The notes under the pieces are model-generated. The model saw only the letters and a program-made list of their open reading frames with translations. It was not told the DNA's origin and did not search any database. The position numbers and the translations under genes are program-made. Positions 18,092 to 26,258 of a DNA stretch of 29,737 bases are shown piece by piece. Within the stretch, counting starts at the first letter, position 1, and each line of letters starts with the position of its first letter. The DNA is from a virus (lineage: Duplodnaviria > Caudoviricetes), in IMG/VR virus record IMGVR_UViG_3300019875_000004, positions 1-29,737 of that record, one strand, 5' to 3'.

Positions 18092-18564
18092 TATGCCGCC
18101 CGAATGTTGGTTGGGATTGAGTGCAGGTAGTGCAAATTTTGCGCAGGTATGTAATAATGCTTCGCCTCGTTCACCTTCTTGTTCCTGGTGAACTTCACCG
18201 ACTCGATGTGTGGGCCATCACCGAAGCTTGCCCCAGAGTGCAACCGGGGATGGGCTTTGATGGCATCGAACAATCGGCTCCATGCAGGATTAGACCAGTC
18301 CCAGTTCATCTGGAGACCAGCCTTTGCCGAGTTGCCATCAAGGACCACGTCGATCGCTTCACCGATGTTGTGAGGGCTCAGACCACCAGGCGCTGCACGA
18401 GGACCGCCCTGCTGGTAAATCTTGTAGAGCCGGTCGCTCTCCTCGACTGATCTGAACCCACACGTGACGTACCAAGTATCTGGCAGGGAAAACAGGAGCG
18501 CGTCGACATCCAGAAAGAACTGGACCTCGAGACCAACCGGAGATGCCTGCCAGATAACGCTCAT
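18091..18564 (-). CDS. Endolysin, peptidase M15 family (L-Ala-D-Glu peptidase-like)
   Basis: TCGFRS..E...LY, SPHN.G.AID (SxHx6D) and DGPHIE Zn-binding motifs. Confidence 0.88.
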   Translation of the reverse strand: MSVIWQASPVGLEVQFFLDVDALLFSLPDTWYVTCGFRSVEESDRLYKIYQQGGPRAAPGGLSPHNIGEAIDVVLDGNSAKAGLQMNWDWSNPAWSRLFDAIKAHPRLHSGASFGDGPHIESVKFTRNKKVNEAKHYYIPAQNLHYLHSIPTNIRAA

Positions 18565-19049
18565 TGGTGTTCTCTCCTACGGTCTATGCCGTCCCATTTA
18601 CCTTCCATACGAGCTACGCCTTCGCGTACATGGGACAATTCGTTCGTAAACTTTTCCATCGCGGATTCAAACCTACGACCGAAGTTCTCGTTACCAGACT
18701 TGATGTCGTTCAGGATCCGAGTCAGTTCCGGAATCTGGTTTGTGAGCTCCGTTAAACGCTTGAGTTCGGCCCCACGAGACTTGATGCCTAACTCTGCGAG
18801 GTCCATTCGCCCAAGTAAGTCATCCGTTGCATCAGCCAAAACGTCTTGCCTCGCATGGCGTTCTTCCAAACACTTCTCGATCACCCGGGTCATTACTGGA
18901 ATTCCCTGGCTCTCGTCGCTTATCACCGAGAACAGAAAACTCCGAAAATTCGGTATTCCCCACTTGATCAGGAGCGCCCACATTCCTCCGACTGCCATGA
19001 ACCCAACTGCAAACTTGGTGGTCTGATCCCAATTACCGCCAATCATCAT
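18561..19049 (-). CDS. Membrane-anchored coiled-coil protein, holin-like (162 aa)
   Basis: Start moved to ATG 19049 (ATGA overlap with the upstream gene). One hydrophobic helix FAVGFMAVGGMWALLIKWGI, then coiled coil. ATGA overlap with the endolysin. Confidence 0.55.
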   Translation of the reverse strand: MMIGGNWDQTTKFAVGFMAVGGMWALLIKWGIPNFRSFLFSVISDESQGIPVMTRVIEKCLEERHARQDVLADATDDLLGRMDLAELGIKSRGAELKRLTELTNQIPELTRILNDIKSGNENFGRRFESAMEKFTNELSHVREGVARMEGKWDGIDRRREHQ

Positions 19050-19324
19050 GGGCCAATTTCCCCTCTGGCTATGCCGGCGTCTATCAGCGCCTTTACATTC
19101 TGTGCCAGCTCCGGCAAGGTGACGGTAGCGGTGTTGAATCCTCCCATACTGCTGGTTCCTGAAACTGCGTACCAACCTACCTGTGTTGCCAAGTCGAGCG
19201 AAAGCTGGGCGAAATCCTCAGCCAGCTGCTGAAAGAGTACCCTCTTGAGGGCCTCGTCCGGCGCCCCTTGACCGAGTTCACCAAAGACTTTAGCAATCCG
19301 ACTTAGCGTGTCGGAAGTGCTCAT
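19046..19324 (-). CDS. Small structural fibre/needle-like protein (92 aa)
   Basis: C-terminus GW....GT....F.T.TVTL..LA..VKALID..I..G.I resembles the end of phage fibre proteins. Follows the adaptor gene. Confidence 0.55.
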   Translation of the reverse strand: MSTSDTLSRIAKVFGELGQGAPDEALKRVLFQQLAEDFAQLSLDLATQVGWYAVSGTSSMGGFNTATVTLPELAQNVKALIDAGIARGEIGP

Positions 19325-19986
19325 CGGATCTGAGCATCATAGGCACTTTGTATCGCCGAGATGCCACCTTCCGGGAACTCCTGCAGGTCCTCAGCCATCA
19401 CCCTGCTTCTCACTGCACCGAGGAACAGGTTGTAAATGTTCTGGACCCGATCGTGTTCACCATAGGCGATATGTCCGCGATACAACGCGCCGCGAAAAAG
19501 GATTTCGTCCCAGTCCTCGTCGAAGATGGTAACGTCGGCCGGGTTCGTCAGCTTGGTCAACTTGCTCCAATAGTCGAACTCGATCGAGGTAGCCGTCCCG
19601 TCCGGCGATGGCCTTACCCAGAGCTTCTTCTGGAAAAGGTGATATGCGCCGACAACCCCTCGGTTGTTCGAGAGGTCGTAGCGATCCGATCGCAGGTAGT
19701 TGGTCCTTGTCTCGTTCACCAGAATTCCACCGAACCGATCCTGCGGCGTGATGATTCTCACACCATCATCGGTCAGCGCCCTAAAATCCGCCGGCATGTC
19801 ATAGGACCGCTGACCTGCCACCGTCGCAATCGTTCCGACCTTCTGCAATTCGGGAAACTTGAACGCGTACCCGAACTCGTACAGGGAATTGTTAATCCAC
19901 CGATCGAGTCGGTTCGCGTCGACGTTCGGCCGCCCAAGCGCGTCCTTCAAGTCGTCCCGGAAATTTTGGAGCGTCATTACGCCCAT
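19321..19986 (-). CDS. Head-tail adaptor / tail tubular protein A (221 aa)
   Basis: Start moved to ATG 19986 (GGAG SD). MTL..FRDDL...LGR...LDRWIN, TVAGQRSYDMPADF and LWVRPSPD are typical of podovirus adaptor proteins. Confidence 0.78.
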   Translation of the reverse strand: MGVMTLQNFRDDLKDALGRPNVDANRLDRWINNSLYEFGYAFKFPELQKVGTIATVAGQRSYDMPADFRALTDDGVRIITPQDRFGGILVNETRTNYLRSDRYDLSNNRGVVGAYHLFQKKLWVRPSPDGTATSIEFDYWSKLTKLTNPADVTIFDEDWDEILFRGALYRGHIAYGEHDRVQNIYNLFLGAVRSRVMAEDLQEFPEGGISAIQSAYDAQIR

Positions 19987-19988
19987 GT

Positions 19989-20246
19989 CTATGGCTCCAG
20001 TCTGACGGACACACAATGGGCAGGCCCGACAATCTCGGCCTGTGCTATCGAACCCTTTGCAAGTGGGCTTTCAAGAAGATACTCGGCGTTCTCGTCCATC
20101 TCGACCATCTTTACGCCGTCCGTATAGAGGTTGATCTTACCGCCAGGCAAGAGCCCCTCTACTACCACTGTTTTAAAAGGTACCCGGAGTGGTACCTTCG
20201 GGCCCATCCCCTCAGAGGACCGTTGTAGTAGTAGAGGGATACTCAT
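19989..20246 (-). CDS. Hypothetical small beta-rich protein (85 aa)
   Basis: Start moved to ATG 20246 (MSIPLLL; TAATG overlap with the upstream gene). Fills the gap in the operon. Confidence 0.55.
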   Translation of the reverse strand: MSIPLLLQRSSEGMGPKVPLRVPFKTVVVEGLLPGGKINLYTDGVKMVEMDENAEYLLESPLAKGSIAQAEIVGPAHCVSVRLEP

Positions 20247-20440
20247 TAGATGCCCTTCTCTTCGTCGGTACGTGGCGGATGCGGCGTTGCTACTGCCGGA
20301 GTGAATACGGCTGCGATTGCCGAGAGGGCGAGGACGACTGTCGACCACTTCTGCGGCAGGGCGGCCGTGACCTGAGGGCTCGTCACGATACCTACCACGA
20401 CGCCCACAGCCGGTGCAAGTGCTTTCCAACGAATACGCAT
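20246..20440 (-). CDS. Small two-helix membrane protein, holin-like (64 aa)
   Basis: Basic N-terminus, two hydrophobic segments, charged C-terminal tail. TGATG coupling with the upstream gene. Confidence 0.55.
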   Translation of the reverse strand: MRIRWKALAPAVGVVVGIVTSPQVTAALPQKWSTVVLALSAIAAVFTPAVATPHPPRTDEEKGI

Positions 20441-20634
20441 CAGGTCTCCTTGAAGAGGACGGCCCGGACAGCACAGTCCTTGGATTCCAGGAGCTTCCGT
20501 AGAGCGACGGTGCGCTCCGGGTTCCGTGGCAAATCGGTCACGATCTTCTGTGCCAGCTCGCCGAACGGCTTGGAAATGACCTGGAGATTCTCGGGCAGGT
20601 GCTCGTACCGGAAGAACTGCAAGAGCGGTTCCAT
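20440..20634 (-). CDS. Small helical-hairpin phage protein, Acb2/Tad1-hairpin-like (64 aa)
   Basis: FFRYEHLP..LQ.ISKPF..LA......LP.NPERTVALRKLLESKDCAVRA is a recurrent small phage protein pattern. GAGG SD. The CDS is well supported; the sponge-like assignment is tentative. Confidence 0.6.
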   Translation of the reverse strand: MEPLLQFFRYEHLPENLQVISKPFGELAQKIVTDLPRNPERTVALRKLLESKDCAVRAVLFKET

Positions 20635-20663
20635 ACTACCTCTAGGTGAAATTTTTCAGTCTG

Positions 20664-20701
20664 CCGGGAGAAGAGGGTGCCAAACTAGACCCTGATCCCG
20701 G
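20664..20701 (-). promoter_or_regulatory. Intergenic stem-loop upstream of the 64-aa gene
   Basis: CCGGGA(20664-69)/TCCCGG(20696-701) outer stem and AGGGT(20674-78)/ACCCT(20689-93) inner stem. No U-tract, so not a canonical intrinsic terminator. Confidence 0.5.
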
Positions 20702-20703
20702 TA

Positions 20704-21018
20704 CTAGCCGCGGCTGGGCTTCTTCGCGTAAAGGACGCAGAGAAGCTGACCGGCTGTGCTCGAACCGCCCAGATTGCTGATCTGGAGGGCTACGGTGCAC
20801 TTGCCAGTCCCGCCCATCGCCGTCAGGAATTCGGACGTGATGTCCGTTCCCGGAGCGAATGTGGCGGTCGTGAAGCGGGAGACGCAAATGACCTCGTCGC
20901 CCACCCCGATCGTGCCGGCCGGGCAAGCGAGAACGCCAGCGGCACCGCCTGCCACGTACATGCAGGCAAGATCGCCGGGCTTCCCGCCCAACCGCGAAAG
21001 AGGAGATTCGGCTGGCAT
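20704..21018 (-). CDS. Small virion protein, possible capsid decoration protein (104 aa)
   Basis: Directly downstream of the major capsid gene, same strong GC3 codon bias, Gly/Ala/Thr-rich. Confidence 0.55.
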   Translation of the reverse strand: MPAESPLSRLGGKPGDLACMYVAGGAAGVLACPAGTIGVGDEVICVSRFTTATFAPGTDITSEFLTAMGGTGKCTVALQISNLGGSSTAGQLLCVLYAKKPSRG

Positions 21019-21024
21019 CTCAGA

Positions 21025-21921
21025 TCAGCCGGTGCTCCCGTCGATCCCGCGCCAGTCGAACGCCGCGGTGCCGAAACGGAAGAAGTTGAAGAAGGATGCC
21101 ACGCGAGCCTTCTTGTTGTAGTCCCGATCCATCTCCGGCCGCTGACGCCAGAAGAACATCAGCTTGTGGTTGGGAGCCTGGGTCCACCACGCCGTCGTGC
21201 TCGTGAGGTACGGGCTCGTGACCACAGACAGCCCAGACCGCCCAGCGTTCAGGACGTTCGGGGTGTTGTCAGCCGTGTACGGCTTGTTCGTCGCGCCGAG
21301 AATCTCGTTGGCGATCCAGGAGAGCTGGACCGGAACGATCAGCTTGGACGGGGTCTGGCGGACACGCAGACCACGCTCGTTCACCATCAGCATCTGCCGC
21401 TCGAGGCTCGCCTGCAGCGAGGTGAAGCTGAGCGCCTGGGCAGCCGCCGGAGCGTTGCCGTAGGTACCCGAACCCGCCAGGGTGTGCGCCGAGTTGACGA
21501 TGCTCAGGGCGTCGTACGACTTGGTCGTGGTGAAGCTGCCGTTCAGCAGCGCCCACGCCTGTCTCTCCTCGGTGTCGCGCCCAGACTGCGCGAGGAGCTG
21601 CGAGGCCGGCTTGCCGACCACGTTGTACAGGTCGTCGTCCATCACTTCCTGCGACAGCTCGTAGCCGAGGCCGTAGGAGACGATGGTCATACGGACCGTG
21701 CCCACCTGCAACGGACGATCCATCGCGACATCCACCGACTCGGGCTTGACCGGGGTTGTACCCAGCCCGCTCGTGATCAGGACGTCCTCGTACGCCCGAC
21801 CGGTGGAGTCGATCTTGAAAACGTCCGGGTACGTGGCAGGCAGCTGCTCGTACTCGTTGACGTAGGCGGCAAACAGGCCGGGAGCGATGATCCGGTCGAA
21901 TGCGCCGCGAATGACTGCCAT
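21025..21921 (-). CDS. Major capsid protein (HK97 fold, Mu gpT-like family)
   Basis: S.RAYED, YGLGYELSQE.MDDDLY, L...AH.L, P.KLIVP..L...A.EIL, SPYLTSTTAWW, DWRGIDGS.G. GGGAGG SD and very strong codon bias. Confidence 0.9.
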   Translation of the reverse strand: MAVIRGAFDRIIAPGLFAAYVNEYEQLPATYPDVFKIDSTGRAYEDVLITSGLGTTPVKPESVDVAMDRPLQVGTVRMTIVSYGLGYELSQEVMDDDLYNVVGKPASQLLAQSGRDTEERQAWALLNGSFTTTKSYDALSIVNSAHTLAGSGTYGNAPAAAQALSFTSLQASLERQMLMVNERGLRVRQTPSKLIVPVQLSWIANEILGATNKPYTADNTPNVLNAGRSGLSVVTSPYLTSTTAWWTQAPNHKLMFFWRQRPEMDRDYNKKARVASFFNFFRFGTAAFDWRGIDGSTG

Positions 21922-21947
21922 TGATTTTTCCTCCCTGGTGAAATCGA

Positions 21948-21974
21948 AAGGTCGTGCAAACTTTGCACTACCCT
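21948..21974 (-). promoter_or_regulatory. Stem-loop/palindrome in the leader of the major capsid gene
   Basis: Perfect inverted repeat GTGCAAA-C-TTTGCAC (21954-21968), extended on the mRNA by AGGGU/ACCUU. Confidence 0.55.
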
Positions 21975-21981
21975 ACTGCAC

Positions 21982-22416
21982 TTACGGCGCGGGCTGCCTG
22001 TTCGCTGCGAGAACCGAAACCTCGACCCGGTTGGTGTCCGTGTCGACCTGGTGGACGTACACGCGAGCGGTACCGCCCGTCTTGGTGAAATCGACGTACC
22101 AGATACCGTCCGCGTCCTTCGTCACGCCGTAGTTCACACCGCTGTTCGCCGAGGTCGGCGCAGCAGAGGTGGGGAACCACCAGCGCGTCTGCTCCGTCGC
22201 CCTGGTCACGATGATCTTGTTGACCGCGTCGACCGGCTCCTTACCTGCCGGCTCTTCCGCGACCCCATAGATCACCGCAGGGTCTGCCCCGCACTCGGCA
22301 ATATTCGCCGAGCCGTCCCGAAGGACGAGTGCACCGGTCTTGAAAGTCTGGGCAGCCGCCAACGGCAGCATGATGTTGTCCAGACGACCGGCGCTGACGA
22401 CTGCCGGAACTCTCAC
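21982..22416 (-). CDS. Capsid cement/decoration protein (144 aa)
   Basis: GTG start with GGAGG SD. AAAQTFKTGALV and IYGVAEE pattern. Immediately upstream of the capsid gene with the same codon bias. Confidence 0.65.
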   Translation of the reverse strand: MRVPAVVSAGRLDNIMLPLAAAQTFKTGALVLRDGSANIAECGADPAVIYGVAEEPAGKEPVDAVNKIIVTRATEQTRWWFPTSAAPTSANSGVNYGVTKDADGIWYVDFTKTGGTARVYVHQVDTDTNRVEVSVLAANRQPAP

Positions 22417-22431
22417 TGTCAGCTACCTCCC

Positions 22432-22971
22432 TCAGGATTCTTTATCAGGCTGGACGGAGTGAATCTCCTCCCGAACCTTGATCTGGCCGAATCCTTTCGC
22501 CTGATCAGTAGAACCATCAGAAAGCTTCACCCTGTTGTTGTCCAGGGCATCTTCGAACGCTGCCTTCGGTGCCTGAAGGTCCGCATGCGCCGCATCGGCA
22601 TCCTGTCTTGCATAGGCTTCGTGCGTCGCCACGTCTGCGTGCATCAGGACCAGGTCGCCACGCCGAATTAGCCCAGACTTCGGCGCGCTCTCCGTCTTGT
22701 CGCCCAGATCATCGTAGTTGGCGAGCTTCCAACCCATCCCCTCGCGCATGATGACCTGATCCTCACCGTTGTCCGAGTTCGGCTTGTAGAACTCCCACCG
22801 CGCACGTCTGCCCGGGTTTTGTTCCTCGAACCTCTTGGCGAGCGTGTCGAGGCTGGCGTTCAGCATCCCACGCTCGCGCACCGCGGCGAACTGCTCCGCC
22901 GACTTCTTGCCCGTGACCGCGGTGTCGCTCGTCGGGACGCGTGGTCCGCGGTCGTTGTCGAATTCTACCAT
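22432..22971 (-). CDS. Conserved head-module hypothetical protein (179 aa)
   Basis: Start moved to ATG 22971 (MVEFDND; GGAG SD; 1 nt after the scaffold stop). RW...GW...IRRGDLVLM pattern, between scaffold and capsid genes. Confidence 0.65.
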   Translation of the reverse strand: MVEFDNDRGPRVPTSDTAVTGKKSAEQFAAVRERGMLNASLDTLAKRFEEQNPGRRARWEFYKPNSDNGEDQVIMREGMGWKLANYDDLGDKTESAPKSGLIRRGDLVLMHADVATHEAYARQDADAAHADLQAPKAAFEDALDNNRVKLSDGSTDQAKGFGQIKVREEIHSVQPDKES

Positions 22972-22972
22972 G

Positions 22973-23773
22973 TTACTTCTTCTCCGTTGTTCTCGGCGCG
23001 TCACCAGGGACACGCATCTGGTAGCCCTTCTCCATCTTCTCCTGAGCATCCAGATAGGCCTTGATCGGGTCCGCCGATCCACGGAACATCACGCGAGCGA
23101 CCTGCTCTTCCTCGGACGAGAGCTTCGGACGCTCCGTCTCTTCCTTCTTCGTGCTGGGCTGCCGAGTCGTGGGGGGCTTGTCCCTCTCTCCCTTGATACG
23201 CGCGGCTTCCTTCGCTCCCAGAACGGAGAAATAGGTGTTCGCCAGCACCTGCTCGTTGATCTGGTTCGCCGGCACATTCGCCAAGACACGGTCGATGTCA
23301 GCCTCGTGCTTGTCGAAGTCGGGCAGCTGGCGTCGCAGGGACTCCTTCATCCCGGCATTCGCCCGCTTGCCGATGTCCTCGATCAGACCCCCATAGTTGC
23401 GCTGGGTAATGTCTCTCACAGCCCCGATCGGATCGAACTTATCCGACGTAGGGTCGAACCGATCCCGCACCGTCTCGTTCGACAGCTCCGGCTCAGGCGT
23501 CGGTGTAGGAGCCTGCGGCGCCGCTTGACGCTCGACCGGCTGACGCAGTGCCGTGAACAGAGACTCGAAGGTCTCGTTCAACTGCTCCGGCGTCATACCG
23601 CGAAGCATAGGGTTCAGCTTTTGTCGGTCAAGCCCATCCGCTCCCGGAACCGTTCCAGCCGGCTGCTCGCTTCCTGCAGGTTCACCACCGGGTCCCCTCC
23701 CCTCGTCTGTCCCGTCAGGAGGAGCGTCCGTTCGGCCTTGGCCGTCATTTCCTTCAGTTGCGCTTGTGCCCAT
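22973..23773 (-). CDS. Capsid scaffolding protein
   Basis: Acidic, disordered N-terminus, helical body, C-terminal KLS.EE..VA..M.......Y capsid-binding-like helix. Lies between portal and capsid genes. AGGAG SD. Confidence 0.7.
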   Translation of the reverse strand: MGTSATEGNDGQGRTDAPPDGTDEGRGPGGEPAGSEQPAGTVPGADGLDRQKLNPMLRGMTPEQLNETFESLFTALRQPVERQAAPQAPTPTPEPELSNETVRDRFDPTSDKFDPIGAVRDITQRNYGGLIEDIGKRANAGMKESLRRQLPDFDKHEADIDRVLANVPANQINEQVLANTYFSVLGAKEAARIKGERDKPPTTRQPSTKKEETERPKLSSEEEQVARVMFRGSADPIKAYLDAQEKMEKGYQMRVPGDAPRTTEKK

Positions 23774-24051
23774 TCTTCGTCTCCTATCTCACTCTGGCTA
23801 ATGAGTACCTCAAGAAGCTGCCTAGTCTTGAGGTGTCCTTGAAGGTACCCGTTGCGGTACCTCCATTCTTCTGGCGTCTCAGCGGCGAGAAGCCATTCGT
23901 GGCTTTGTTCCGTTACCTCGTCCAGCCGCATTGAGTAAAGCTGCCATCCCAGCTGATCCCTCAGTTTCTTGAGGTGCTCCGCCTGTTGGCTGCTGACCGT
24001 TACTTCCAGGGTTTGCTCCGGCTCGACCCCCGGCAGCTTCAGCTTGAGCAC
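23614..24051 (-). CDS. Small helical post-portal protein (~145 aa; start uncertain)
   Basis: L..L....GW..Y...L........LL...T.EE.....G...G....QLL pattern typical of the small gene after podovirus portals. Candidate GTG at 24051 has GGAG 9 nt upstream. Confidence 0.55.
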   Translation of the reverse strand: MLKLKLPGVEPEQTLEVTVSSQQAEHLKKLRDQLGWQLYSMRLDEVTEQSHEWLLAAETPEEWRYRNGYLQGHLKTRQLLEVLISQSEIGDEEWAQAQLKEMTAKAERTLLLTGQTRGGDPVVNLQEASSRLERFRERMGLTDKS

Positions 24052-25999
24052 CCGCTTCTGCTCCAGCCAAACCGCCAAGGTCCTCTGGCGCTGGTAGGAT
24101 TCGCGTGAGGACATTAAGTACAGACATAGCCTCGTCAACATTCTGGCTATCACTGTATTGCATAACCTTCTTCCACGGCTCGCGAATTGCCTGAACCAGC
24201 TCATGAGCAATAACTCCTGCGGCTTGGGGGTTCGCCATCGTGCCTAGTTGCATGAACTGCTGGCCCATCTGGACCACCATATTCATGACCGCGACCGCGG
24301 ATTGGAATTCCACCTCTCGGTTCACCGAAGAACGCGTGGAGAGGGTCTGCACCTTCACGTTGCCAGGAGCGAATGTCTCAGGATTCGACAATCCTTCCTC
24401 AACGATCGCGCCACGATCACCCAGCCATTCCTCGGCGAGGCCATTCGTGCCGTAATCGCTCATGAGGTCCGTGCAATGCACCGCGATTTCTCGGATACTC
24501 TTGCGGATGGACTTGATTGGCTTGTCGAACCGACGATTTGCCTCTTCCAGCATGGACAGTTGAGCCGTGGCGGTCGTTCTCGTCACCGGCTGCCCCTGTC
24601 CGTTGATGTTGTCGCCGACTCCGGAGATCTCCTTCGCGTATGTCTGGGCTATCTGCTCGTTGTTGACCGTCGAGGGGTAGATTTCGCCCAACCGGAGCGT
24701 CCCTACGTCCTCTTGGTCAGCCTTCACGATCTTTCCTGACCACAATCGGTCGCCTGGACTCAACCCTCGGATCAATTTCTTGACCAGAATGATCTGAAGG
24801 TTCGCCACCGTCGCATTGTCGATGCGCTGGTTGTGGATCGTGGAGATTTCTTCCTGCAGGTGCTCGAGCATCTCAGCCATGCCCTCGCCATAGAGGCGAT
24901 GCGGTACACGAATGTACCTGAAAATGATCCACGGACGACGCCCATTGCGGAAAGTGTTGAACTTCCGACGCAAAAGGGTGTTTGATTCCCAGTGGAAATA
25001 CACTAGGATCTCTTCGTCGAGGCCATCTCCATCCACGTCCCAGCGGAGCGACAGCTCGAACAGCCGGTACACCTGCCAGTCCATGGGCTCACGGTTCTCA
25101 AGCGCCTGTTGGTCGCGCTCACTTTCCGAAACGTCGCTCAGGGACTCGGGCAGCTTCCAAATTTTGTTGATGTCCTGCGGGTTCAGGTCACCTGCAAGCG
25201 CCATGTCCTTGATTTCGGACCACGTAACGCGGATTTCCTTTCCGCACCACGGCGCTTTCTGAATGTCTTGGTAGCCAATGCGGCACCAAAAGTCTTCGAT
25301 AGGAAAATGATAGACGACCGGCCCATTGTAAATCTCCTTGACTTCCTTCTTGTAGGTCTTGGTGAGACCATCGTACTTCATTACCGCTCGACGGTCCCTC
25401 TTGGTTGTCACCTCGACGACCGATGTACCCAGCTTGATCGTGTCGGTGACAACTGTGTCAAGGACATCTTCGAGGTCCAACCGCTCCGTAGAATACAGGC
25501 CGAAGAATTCCTCGTAAAGCAGGGAGAAATCCTGAAAATCCGAATTCTTCGTCCTGAACGAAAGGATTGGGTCTGCGGCCATAATCGTCTGGTAGACGCG
25601 TGAGGTCAGCGTCTGCACAGCCGTCTTGATCACAGGGATGGTGATCTGGCTAGAATTCGCCAGGGGCCAGTCCTTCGGAAACTCCGGGAACTTCGTACGG
25701 TACTTCCGACGCCACCGAGCAAAGTCGTACATGGAATCAGCGCGCTCCGACTCAGCATCGGTCAGCTCGCTCACCAGGTAGTTGATCAGTCGGCGCTCGT
25801 TCTCTTCCGAAAATTCGATTTCCGGCGGCAGTAGCTCCACGTCGACCTTCTTAGGATCGAACGTGTCGCCGTTGTTGTCCTCCAACGTGACAAAATCGTC
25901 CTTCGGAAGGTTCTCCACCATGATCGAGCCGAAGGCTTGACCGGGGGCACCTGGTCCGATACGATTTACAGGTAGCGCAAGATTTGCGTAGGTTCTCAT
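23879..25999 (-). CDS. Portal protein (P22-like)
   Basis: 706 aa downstream of TerL. KLGTSV, RWDVDGDGLDEE, RRPW, HRLYGEGMAE.L..LQ.EI..IHNQRIDN, E.SGV, TTATA. Confidence 0.9.
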   Translation of the reverse strand: MRTYANLALPVNRIGPGAPGQAFGSIMVENLPKDDFVTLEDNNGDTFDPKKVDVELLPPEIEFSEENERRLINYLVSELTDAESERADSMYDFARWRRKYRTKFPEFPKDWPLANSSQITIPVIKTAVQTLTSRVYQTIMAADPILSFRTKNSDFQDFSLLYEEFFGLYSTERLDLEDVLDTVVTDTIKLGTSVVEVTTKRDRRAVMKYDGLTKTYKKEVKEIYNGPVVYHFPIEDFWCRIGYQDIQKAPWCGKEIRVTWSEIKDMALAGDLNPQDINKIWKLPESLSDVSESERDQQALENREPMDWQVYRLFELSLRWDVDGDGLDEEILVYFHWESNTLLRRKFNTFRNGRRPWIIFRYIRVPHRLYGEGMAEMLEHLQEEISTIHNQRIDNATVANLQIILVKKLIRGLSPGDRLWSGKIVKADQEDVGTLRLGEIYPSTVNNEQIAQTYAKEISGVGDNINGQGQPVTRTTATAQLSMLEEANRRFDKPIKSIRKSIREIAVHCTDLMSDYGTNGLAEEWLGDRGAIVEEGLSNPETFAPGNVKVQTLSTRSSVNREVEFQSAVAVMNMVVQMGQQFMQLGTMANPQAAGVIAHELVQAIREPWKKVMQYSDSQNVDEAMSVLNVLTRILPAPEDLGGLAGAEAGAQAEAAGGRAGANPGSNGQQPTGGAPQETEGSAGMAALLNAAGRGNGTKPRMASRR

Positions 26000-26000
26000 T

Positions 26001-26258
26001 TCAGATCCCAGTCGCTGTCAGGTCAATCAAAACGCGAACCTGGCTACCATCCGACACCAGACGGAAGTCCAAACTGGCCGTAGCATTGGGGTCGATGAAT
26101 CGTGCCACCGTTGTCATAGCACCGCGCATACCGGCAATGACGGTCTCCCAGTCAGGATTCTGAACTACTTCCTGATTGAGACGCCGATTCAGCGCCTGCA
26201 AGTTCGGACCAACGACAACCCCTGTCTGATTGACCCGAATGTTGACCGGTGTTTTCAT
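26001..26258 (-). CDS. Hypothetical protein (85 aa) between terminase and portal
   Basis: Fills the TerL-portal gap exactly (0 and 1 nt spacers). Confidence 0.6.
   Translation of the reverse strand: MKTPVNIRVNQTGVVVGPNLQALNRRLNQEVVQNPDWETVIAGMRGAMTTVARFIDPNATASLDFRLVSDGSQVRVLIDLTATGI

Noticed and set aside
20647-20658. Palindrome TGAAA-TT-TTTCA as a separate operator
   Set aside because: Only 5-bp AT-rich arms and seen once. It overlaps the shared leader motif already reported.
20666-20685. TTTGGCAC on the minus strand as a sigma-54 -24 box
   Set aside because: The required TTGC -12 element is absent (TGGCAC-CCTCT-TCTCC).
21166-23842. + strand ORFs 21166-21924, 22051-22671 and 22835-23842
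   Set aside because: Antisense to capsid, cement and scaffold genes. Explained by codon bias.
16354-24210. Longest-ORF starts from the track (16824, 19175, 20016, 20474, 23082, 24210)
   Set aside because: They create long overlaps with upstream genes. Internal starts with SD sequences or stop-start coupling fit better and are used in the feature list.
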